From: Dehalococcoidia bacterium
Lineage (GTDB): Bacteria > Chloroflexota > Dehalococcoidia > Plut-88900
NCBI GenBank assembly: GCA_965249275.1
Contig: CBDFLQ010000006.1
Coordinates: 32,001-96,000, forward strand
Reading direction: 5' to 3'
Length of the DNA stretch: 64,000 nucleotides
The position numbers were made by a program, and so were the translations under genes. Below are positions 10,000-17,875 of the stretch, piece by piece; the stretch's first letter is position 1, and each line of letters opens with the position of its first letter. The notes beneath the pieces are model-generated. The model was not told where the DNA came from. It made no database searches and worked only from the letters and a program-made list of their open reading frames with translations.

Positions 10000-10720
10000 C
10001 ACCACACTCAACCACCTTAAGGAGGTACCAAAAACTAGGGAAGCCCACCCGGCCCACCCGAGGACTCAACGCCCAAGCCCATCCCAACGGCCCATACACG
10101 GGGCCCGCGGCACAAGCGAAAGTGGAACATCCGCCTATGGAGGACCGCCATCTCCTCATCCCACCGGGTCTCGTGTCCCCTTCCCTGACCACCCAGGCGA
10201 TGGAGGGTCCATCGACTCTACGCGGCACGCCCCCTTCCAGGGGCCCCTGCCGAATCGGTGCCCCCTATCAGGGGAGCGCCTATGCGTCGGCATCTACTTT
10301 GCCGGCGAAGCTAAACGGCCCGGCGTTACCGGGATTAGGGCCATCAAGCCCCTACGCGGCTCCACCGTCGTCACCATCGGCGAACTCCATTCCGCCCATG
10401 ACGACTTCGAGCCGAATGCTGTCCCGCACAGCGGTCGAGCGCTGATGCGGGACGGATTGCCCCACCCAGGGACGCCCTCGACACCGGCAAGTCCCCAAAG
10501 GCATGCGTGGGGATACGGCAGGACAGCCGCCGATGTGATAGATCCGCTGTGGTGGACCACAAGCGTCGGCGTAGGTGCCATAGTCATCCTTCATCAGAGT
10601 CCCGGACCTTCCATCGCCTTCCCCTCACCACTAGACAGAACCGGAACCCCACAATCGAAGATCCGCCTCAGGAGGACTGAAGAAAAGGCAGGTGTGTCAC
10701 TAGTCTACCGAACGAGTACA
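10000..10720 (+). pseudogene. Decayed phage-derived element including a terminase large subunit-like fragment
   Basis: Fragments VGIYFAGEAK..AIKPLRGSTVVTIGEL and GLPHP..AWG..DVIDPLWWTTSVGVG..PGPSI align with ORF 25608..26441; the 5' ~200 bp match 49079-49253. Confidence 0.55.
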
Positions 10721-10804
10721 GGGGCACGACCACCCCACCCAACATGCGCTATAATCTTTTCGGCCAAGTTGATACTAGTCCCACATAGCCTGACGGGATT
10801 GCAC

Positions 10805-11968
10805 ATGACTAACAAAAACCTGTTCCCCGTATCCGTAGTCGGCAGTTGGGCCCGGCCCCCGTGGGTCGTGCAGGCCCTTCGCAAGAAGCAAGCCGGCGAA
10901 CTTTCGCAAGACAAGTTCGACGAAATCGCCGACCAGGCTGTTCTCCTCGCCATCAAGTACCAGGAAGACGCTGGAGTCGATATCATCACCGACGGCGAGA
11001 TGCGAAGGGACAACTTCTACTCCTTCGCAGTCGACAAGCTGAACGGCATGCGCCTGATGAAGGTCTCCGAGCTCATGGACTACATGAAGGACCGAGCCTC
11101 CTTCGAAGAGGTGCTCAGGGCCCTGGACGTGCCCGCCTTCGCCATCAAGAGCCCCATCGCCATCGACAAGTTGTCGGCCCGCGATGGCCTCGCCCTGGAC
11201 GAAGCTGACTTCCTAATGGACCACACCGACAAGCAGACCAAGATCCCCCTCCCCGGCCCCTACCTTCTCACCAAGTCCGCATGGTTCGAAGGCCTCTCCG
11301 ACACCGCTTACCCGGACCAGGAAGACCTTTCCAGGGACGTGATTGGCATCTTGCGGGAAGAGGTCCTAAGGCTGAAGGAGCGGGGCGTCGACTTCATCCA
11401 GTTCGACGAGCCCACCCTCTCCCAGGTCGTCTACGGAGACGAAAGCGCCGAGACTTTCATGTGCGCCGCCATGGCCACCCGTAAAGACCCTCGCGACGAG
11501 CTTGAGTCCGCCGTACGCATGATGAACGAGACCGTCGAGGGCATTGATGGCGTCAGGTTTGGCGTCCACGTCTGCCGGGGCAACTGGAGCCGCAAGGAAA
11601 ACGTCTTGCTTAAGGGCAACTACGGCCCCCTCCTCCCCTATCTCATGGCCATGAACATCGACCAGCTCGTCCTCGAATACGCCACCCCTAGGGCCGGGGA
11701 GATGGAGGTCTTCAAGGAGTTCCGCAACGAAAAGGAGATCGGCTTGGGCGTCGTGAACCCGCGCACCGAGGAAGTCGAGTCTCCCGACCAGATCGTGGAG
11801 CGGGTCCGCGAGGCCCTCGACTACTTTGAGCCCGAGCAGGTCTTCCTCAACCCCGACTGCGGTTTCGGCACCTTCGCCGAGCGCTCCATGAACACCGACC
11901 CCATCGCCTACAAGAAGCTCCAGTCCATAACCACGGCCGCAGAGAAGCTAAGAGTAGAGTTCGGTTAG
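10805..11968 (+). CDS. Cobalamin-independent methionine synthase II family protein
   Basis: SVVGSW.RP, TDGEMRR, IQFDEP, HVCRGN, LEYATPRAG and NPDCGF; ATG at 10805. Confidence 0.88.
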   Translation: MTNKNLFPVSVVGSWARPPWVVQALRKKQAGELSQDKFDEIADQAVLLAIKYQEDAGVDIITDGEMRRDNFYSFAVDKLNGMRLMKVSELMDYMKDRASFEEVLRALDVPAFAIKSPIAIDKLSARDGLALDEADFLMDHTDKQTKIPLPGPYLLTKSAWFEGLSDTAYPDQEDLSRDVIGILREEVLRLKERGVDFIQFDEPTLSQVVYGDESAETFMCAAMATRKDPRDELESAVRMMNETVEGIDGVRFGVHVCRGNWSRKENVLLKGNYGPLLPYLMAMNIDQLVLEYATPRAGEMEVFKEFRNEKEIGLGVVNPRTEEVESPDQIVERVREALDYFEPEQVFLNPDCGFGTFAERSMNTDPIAYKKLQSITTAAEKLRVEFG

Positions 11969-12014
11969 TAACCAGCCCGACCGCCTACAGGTCCGCCTTT
12001 GGAGGAATAAAACA

Positions 12015-12536
12015 ATGGCAGAAGAGTTGAATGGGCTTAGACCCGAAAAGTTGAACGAGATTCTCAACTCCCTCAAAGACCCAGAGGTCAAGAAAGCCAT
12101 CAGCGGCCCCTGGCGTTCCCGCGTAAGGTGGCAGACCGGCTTCAAGGGCAAGGCCTACACCCGTACCCACACCGTCGACTTTGACGAGCCCGAAGGCCTC
12201 GACGCGACCGACACCGCCGCTTCCGCCCACGAGCACATCCTCTCCGCCGTCGGTGGCTGCATGATGGTCGGCTTCGTCCTCAACGCCACCAAGCGCGGCA
12301 TCAAGATCAACGACCTTGAAATCGCCCTCGAAGGCCACTTTGACAACATCCTCAAGTGGGCTGGGCTTGACGACGGTAACCCCGGCTACGGCAAAATCAA
12401 TGCCAAGATCTACGTATCCGCCGACGCCGACGAAGATGCCCTCAGAGAGGTCTGGAAGCTCGCCGTCGAAGGCTCGCCCGTCGCCAACACCGTGGCCCGC
12501 GCCACAGAGATCATCCCCGAGTTCGAAAAGATATAA
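12015..12536 (+). CDS. OsmC/Ohr family protein
   Basis: DFDEPEGL..D.AASAHE..LSAVGGC..ATKRGI..LEIALEG..GSPV; RBS GGAGG. Confidence 0.85.
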   Translation: MAEELNGLRPEKLNEILNSLKDPEVKKAISGPWRSRVRWQTGFKGKAYTRTHTVDFDEPEGLDATDTAASAHEHILSAVGGCMMVGFVLNATKRGIKINDLEIALEGHFDNILKWAGLDDGNPGYGKINAKIYVSADADEDALREVWKLAVEGSPVANTVARATEIIPEFEKI

Positions 12537-12629
12537 GTCCTTGCCTGCTATCTCTCCTTGGAAAAACAGAGTTGTCGGAGATTGCGTTGCAATCTCCGAC
12601 AATTTAATTCTTAATGAGAAGGTGGGGAA

Positions 12630-13409
12630 TTGAGCCCCGTAACCTGGGTCACCCCCGACTGGGTCCGAGAACATCTCGCTGACCCCGACATCATCCTCCT
12701 AGACCCCCGACGCCCGATGAAGTACATGTCGGGCCACCTCAAAGGGGCTGTCAACCTTCCCGTCTACACCGCATTCGACGAAGAAGCTCGCCTGATGGAC
12801 CCCGAGCCCCTCGCTCGCTGGGCCGCCGACGCGGGCCTCACCAACAATCGCACCCCTCTCCTCTACGACTCTGTCGACGGCCAGACCGGCGCAATGTTGT
12901 CTTGGGTTCTCCAGTATCTCGGCTGCCCCGAAGTCCTTCTGATGGACACTTTCTTCGAAGGCTGGGCCAAGGCTGGCGGAGAGGTTTTCTACCGCCCTGT
13001 CCCTCCCACCCCCGCCGAATTCTCTCCCACTCCCAACGAATCGATCAGGGCTCGGTGGGAGGATGCCTCACGGGCTTCCAACGCCTCGCTTATAGACTTT
13101 AGAAGCGAGCTTGAATACTTAGGTCGGGACGACGAGCCGGGGACCGGAGGCCACCTCCCTGGCGCCCGACACCTCGAATGGCGCTCTCTTGTGGGAGAAA
13201 ACAACGCCTACCTCGCCCCCGACGACACCCTTGCCTCGATGCTTCAGCCCCTAGCAGCCGACTCACGCGAGGTCGTCGCTTACTGCCGCACCGGGCCCCG
13301 GGCCTCCCTCGGCTTCCTCGCCCTCTCGAAGCTCGGTTACACTCCTAAGCTCTACGACGGCTCCATCACCGACTGGCTCCGCCACAACGGCCCCCTGGAA
13401 ACGTCCTAA
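12630..13409 (+). CDS. Tandem-domain rhodanese/sulfurtransferase
   Basis: GHLKGA, IDFRS..EY, GHLPGA, active site YCRTGPRAS, LYDGS..DW. Confidence 0.9.
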   Translation: MSPVTWVTPDWVREHLADPDIILLDPRRPMKYMSGHLKGAVNLPVYTAFDEEARLMDPEPLARWAADAGLTNNRTPLLYDSVDGQTGAMLSWVLQYLGCPEVLLMDTFFEGWAKAGGEVFYRPVPPTPAEFSPTPNESIRARWEDASRASNASLIDFRSELEYLGRDDEPGTGGHLPGARHLEWRSLVGENNAYLAPDDTLASMLQPLAADSREVVAYCRTGPRASLGFLALSKLGYTPKLYDGSITDWLRHNGPLETS

Positions 13410-13611
13410 CTCTTCTCCCCAGCCCGTAGGGACAACCGGCTGGTCGCCCTCCTCTCACCCCTTGAACGTCATTTCCGTGCTCCAACGCGGGCAGAAGGGG
13501 CGCCGTGGCGTGAATCCAGGGGAGGGGCCGCTCACCCTGAGCCGAGTCGAAGGGTCGAGCGGGGGGTGCCCGCGTAATGCCAACCCCTCATGGTTCCCCA
13601 ACGCCAGCCCC

Positions 13612-14709
13612 TCAATTCACCGCAAACCCATACAAGGCCGCCGCATTCTCCCTCACGATTTTCCTCTTAGCATCCTCGCCGATTCCGGCGAACTGCCTCT
13701 CCACTACCTCACGGGAATGGGGCCATGTCCCCTCGTGGTGGGGGTAGTCGTTGCCCCACAGCAATCTTTCGGGCCCGTAGTAGTCCAACGTGGTCATAGC
13801 TACAGGGTCGTCCCCGAAGGTCACATATCCCTGCCTCTTGAAATACTCACTGGGCAGCATGTCCAGCTTAGGCCGGGCATACATGTGGTGCTTCTGGTAG
13901 GCCTCGTCCATCGCGTGGAGCTCCCAGGCCAGCCACCCCGCCCCCGACTCCACGATCACGAAGTCCATCTTCGGATGGTCCATCAGAACCCCTGAGGAGC
14001 ACAGGTAGACCAGCAGCTCAATCCCGTCCACCAGCGCGCCCATGATGTAGTTGATCACCGCTCCCCCCGGCCCCCGCTCCACCCTCGGGTCCCGACCGCT
14101 GCTTATGTGAAAGTTCAGCGGGACGCCGGTCTCTTCTACCGTTTCCCAGATCGGCTTGTATTCGACACGATTGTAAGGCGGGTCCACGACGCTCGGCAGG
14201 AAGAACGATCCCATCCCCAACCCCGCCGCCCGGCGCATCTCCTGGCAAGCCCAGGGGATGTCGATAACCGGGATCAAGGCTGCCATTGCAAACCGGTCCC
14301 TTCGGCTGCCGAACAGTTCCGTCGTCCAGTCGTTATAGACCCGTGCCACCTCACCTTGGAATTCAGCGTCGGGGGAACAAGCCATCTCCAACCCGAACGT
14401 GCCGGGATAGACCACCTCCGCCCCGACCCCATCGATGTCCTGTGCGTTGAGCCTGTATCCCACGTCCCAACCTTGCAGCCGGCCCTGTTCCCTCAGCTTG
14501 TCCTCGTCCGTTTTCTCGTCCGACCCCATTGCCATTTTCTTTGGCCGCATGCCGTCCTGGATCATCAGCCGCTTCCCGTCCCGCACCTCGATATGCGGGG
14601 CCTTGTGCCGAAGGTGCACAGGCAGTCTCTCCTGCCAAAGCTCCAGGGGCTCGTCCACGTGTGAGTCCGCCGATATCAGCTTATCTTCAAACATATCCCT
14701 CTCCTGCAT
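13612..14709 (-). CDS. Amidohydrolase_2 family protein
   Basis: ISADSHVDEP, LNFHI, VESGAGW, PSEYFKRQ and WGNDYPHHEGTWP. Confidence 0.9.
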   Translation of the reverse strand: MQERDMFEDKLISADSHVDEPLELWQERLPVHLRHKAPHIEVRDGKRLMIQDGMRPKKMAMGSDEKTDEDKLREQGRLQGWDVGYRLNAQDIDGVGAEVVYPGTFGLEMACSPDAEFQGEVARVYNDWTTELFGSRRDRFAMAALIPVIDIPWACQEMRRAAGLGMGSFFLPSVVDPPYNRVEYKPIWETVEETGVPLNFHISSGRDPRVERGPGGAVINYIMGALVDGIELLVYLCSSGVLMDHPKMDFVIVESGAGWLAWELHAMDEAYQKHHMYARPKLDMLPSEYFKRQGYVTFGDDPVAMTTLDYYGPERLLWGNDYPHHEGTWPHSREVVERQFAGIGEDAKRKIVRENAAALYGFAVN

Positions 14710-14916
14710 CCAGAAATAACACTATTGTTGATGCCCCACTTTAGCATGTCCCTACCCTTCCCTAAGCCTCATAATATTCGTAATTCTAGTAATTGCAATG
14801 TCATCCCGAGGCTCCGCGAGGGATCTAAAGCGCTCGCCCAGAATCCACCCATCGTTACGCCCAACACGCGCCGCTCCCCTCTAGCCTCTCAGGCCCCAAC
14901 CCCTTATCATCCCACC

Positions 14917-16386
14917 ATGTCCAGAAAGATCGGCTACCAGTCAAAACTCACCTCCCCCGAGGAGGCCGTCCGAGTCGTTAAGTCCGGCGACCTCGTCTAC
15001 ATCCCCGCCCCGCCCCAGCCCTCAGCCGTCATGCAGGCCCTCGCAGACCGCCGCGACGAGCTACGCAACGTAAAGGTCTGCATAGACAGCCACGTCTTCG
15101 ATCCCGGATGGCTCCAACCCGGATGGGGCGATTCCTTCTATATCGTCACCGAACAGTTCCTGGGCCTTGGTATCGACGCCTACAACGACCATCATATAGA
15201 TTACTCACCCCTCCTCAATACAACCCGTATCCCCAGCCTCCTGGCAAAGGGCGTCCCCAGGCCCATCGACGTTATTCTCATCCTGGTCTCGCCCCCCGAC
15301 GCCAACGGCTTCTGCAGCTTCGGCTACGCCCCCTGGGACAAGGCCAAGTTGGCGAAACTCTCCAAGGTCGTTCTAGCCCAGGTCGACGAGACCCAGATCC
15401 GCACCCATGGGTCCAACTACATCCACGTAGACGACATCGACATGATGGTCGAGCACACCGACCCCCTTCTCTCCGAAGAAGAGGCCAACCAGACCATCTA
15501 CTCCTCCTCAGAGCCCGATGTACGCTCACTCCTTACAACCCTTCTCCCAAAGATGTCCCTCGACGAGCGCACCCGCTACCTCCCCCAGTTGGCCGTCTTG
15601 ACTGCCAAGCAGGTGCGCACCTTCGCCTCCCGAATGGGCTGGACTGAACCCCCTGAAATCGCAAGGTCCGTCGCCGACTATGTCGCAGAGTTAGTCCCGG
15701 ACGGTGCGACATTGCAGACCGGCATAGGAACTCCCGGAGGATATCTTCCGATGCTAGGCGCTTTCGACGGCAAGCAGGACCTCGGCTGGCACTCGGAACT
15801 GGTGGCACCCGGCGCACTTTCGTTGATAGAGCGTGGTATTTTCACCGGGGCCCGAAAGACCATCCACCGCGACAAGGCAATCTTCACCTGCCTGCACGGC
15901 GCAACCGCCCCCGAGATTGAGTTCGCCCACAACAACCCTGCCATAGAGCTCCTCTCCTCCGACTACGTCGTCAACGCCCGCACAATCGCCCAGCACGACA
16001 ACATGGTCTCCATAAACAATGCCCTTTCCGTAGACCTGACCGGCCAGATCAACGCCGAGTCCGTCTTTGGCGCTCGGCAGATCAGCGGTACGGGCGGCCA
16101 GCTGGATTTCCAGTTAGGCGCAATCATGTCCAATGGGGGTCGGGCCTTGACCCTCCTCTGGTCTACGGCCCTCGACGGCGCGGTGTCTCGGATTGTCCCC
16201 CAGCTGGAGGAACGCAGCGTCGTAACCGTGCCCCGCACCTTCGCCGACACCATAGTCACCGAGTACGGCATCGCCCGACTTCTCGGCAAGTCCATCCGGG
16301 AACGGGCCCAGGAGCTCATCAACGTCGCCCACCCCAACTTCCGCCCCGAGCTCAAAAAAGCCGCCGAACGCCTCTTCTATCCCTAG
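14917..16386 (+). CDS. Acetyl-CoA hydrolase/4-hydroxybutyrate CoA-transferase family protein
   Basis: SPPDANGFCSFG, LQTGIG, WHSE (catalytic Glu), SGTGGQLDF, VTEYGIA and AHPNFR; ATG at 14917. Confidence 0.9.
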   Translation: MSRKIGYQSKLTSPEEAVRVVKSGDLVYIPAPPQPSAVMQALADRRDELRNVKVCIDSHVFDPGWLQPGWGDSFYIVTEQFLGLGIDAYNDHHIDYSPLLNTTRIPSLLAKGVPRPIDVILILVSPPDANGFCSFGYAPWDKAKLAKLSKVVLAQVDETQIRTHGSNYIHVDDIDMMVEHTDPLLSEEEANQTIYSSSEPDVRSLLTTLLPKMSLDERTRYLPQLAVLTAKQVRTFASRMGWTEPPEIARSVADYVAELVPDGATLQTGIGTPGGYLPMLGAFDGKQDLGWHSELVAPGALSLIERGIFTGARKTIHRDKAIFTCLHGATAPEIEFAHNNPAIELLSSDYVVNARTIAQHDNMVSINNALSVDLTGQINAESVFGARQISGTGGQLDFQLGAIMSNGGRALTLLWSTALDGAVSRIVPQLEERSVVTVPRTFADTIVTEYGIARLLGKSIRERAQELINVAHPNFRPELKKAAERLFYP

Positions 16387-16529
16387 CCACTGGCCGAACG
16401 GGGGTAGGGAGTCCGCTCGCCCTGAGCCCGTCGAAGGGTCAACCGAGCGGACGGGGCGGGGATGCTTGCTCACCCCACCCCCCCACCACCCCTCCCCTAC
16501 TCAATCCGTTCCCCCCGGTGGTAACATGT

Positions 16530-16543
16530 AAGTTACGTAACTT
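16530..16543. promoter_or_regulatory. Perfect 14-bp palindrome AAGTTACGTAACTT, candidate operator for larA-ppdK
   Basis: AT-rich palindrome 30 bp upstream of the larA start. Confidence 0.4.
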
Positions 16544-16572
16544 GGCGAACACAGCAAAGAGAGACCATCCTA

Positions 16573-17865
16573 GTGCGCGTTGAATTGGCCTACGGAACCA
16601 AGGGCCTGACCATCGACCTCCCCCCCGACCGAACCACGGTCATTGAACCCGCCTACCCCGCCCCCCTCCCCGACCCCGAAGCCGCCATCCTTCACGCTCT
16701 CCGCGACCCAATAGACTCTCTCCCACTCCGGCAACTTGTCCGCGAGTCCCAATCCGTAGCCATCTCCGTCTGCGACGTGACCCGGCCCGTGCCTACGGGC
16801 ACGATCCTCCCAGTCCTGCTCGGAGAACTGAGCCACGTCCCCAAGGACCGGATAACCATCCTGGTCGCCACCGGCACTCATCGATCCAACTCTCGTGAGG
16901 AACTCGAAGGGATGCTTGGGCCCGAGATTGTCAGAGACTATTCCGTCGTCTGCCATAGCGGTTTCGATCCCGACTCCCTCGTCCCCGCCACCCCACCGAT
17001 CGATGGCGTACCGGTCCTCCTCAACCGACGCTGGGTGGAGTCCGACGTCCGCATAACCCTCGGACTTGTCGAGCCCCACTTCTTCGCTGGGTTCAGTGGC
17101 GGCCCCAAGATGGTCGCACCCGGCCTCGCGGGCGTTGACACCATCATGAAACTCCACTCCGCCCCCCTCATCGGCCACCCCGACGCCACGTGGGCCGTCA
17201 CCGAGGGCAACCCCGTCCACGACGCCATCCGACGCATCGCTCGGGACACGGGTGTGAGCTTCAGCATCGACGTGACCGTGGACGACGCACATCGCATCAC
17301 CAGCGTCCATGCAGGAGAGCTCTTCGCCGAGCACGCTTTCGCTTGCGCCTTCGCACGTGATGTCGCCATGCGCCCCACCCCCGAACCCTTTGACGTGGTA
17401 ATCACTACCAACAGCGGCTATCCCCTGGACCTAAACCTCTACCAGGCCGTGAAAGGCCTCTCCGCCGCCGCCCAGGTCGTTAAGCCCGGCGGCTCGATAA
17501 TCTGCGCCGCCGAATGCCGGGACGGCATCCCCGATCACGGCGACTACAAGTCGCTTCTCACTTCCCGCCAAACCCCCGCCGACTTGCTGTCGATGGTCGA
17601 GGCCCCTGGATTCTCCCGCCAAGACCAATGGCAGGTCCAGATACAGGCTCGGCTCCAGCTAAAGGCCAACGTCTACCTTAAATCCGACTACCTGACCCCC
17701 GAGCAAATAGAAGCAGCCCACATCCATCCCATCTCCGACCTGCAGGCCACGGTGGATGAAGTTATAGATTCCTACGGCCCCGAGGCCACCGTTTGCGTGC
17801 TGCCCCAGGGGCCTCAGACCATAGCTCACGTCGACCAGCCTATGCCGGCCGGCATGAGCGCGTGA
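16573..17865 (+). CDS. larA: Nickel-pincer-dependent lactate racemase family protein
   Basis: DVTRP, VATGTHR, EPHFFAGFSGGPK, GYPLDLNLYQAVKG and DQWQVQ. Confidence 0.9.
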   Translation: MRVELAYGTKGLTIDLPPDRTTVIEPAYPAPLPDPEAAILHALRDPIDSLPLRQLVRESQSVAISVCDVTRPVPTGTILPVLLGELSHVPKDRITILVATGTHRSNSREELEGMLGPEIVRDYSVVCHSGFDPDSLVPATPPIDGVPVLLNRRWVESDVRITLGLVEPHFFAGFSGGPKMVAPGLAGVDTIMKLHSAPLIGHPDATWAVTEGNPVHDAIRRIARDTGVSFSIDVTVDDAHRITSVHAGELFAEHAFACAFARDVAMRPTPEPFDVVITTNSGYPLDLNLYQAVKGLSAAAQVVKPGGSIICAAECRDGIPDHGDYKSLLTSRQTPADLLSMVEAPGFSRQDQWQVQIQARLQLKANVYLKSDYLTPEQIEAAHIHPISDLQATVDEVIDSYGPEATVCVLPQGPQTIAHVDQPMPAGMSA

Positions 17866-17875
17866 GGTTCTTATC

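Noticed and set aside
10445-10804. 120-aa N-terminal extension of the MetE-like protein
   Set aside because: It is terminase-relic and promoter sequence (TATAAT at ~10750) that happens to be in frame; the family N-terminus starts at 10805.
9803-10804. SAM or cobalamin riboswitch upstream of the methionine synthase-like genes
   Set aside because: No recognisable S-box or B12-box consensus by eye; an Rfam/Infernal scan would settle it.
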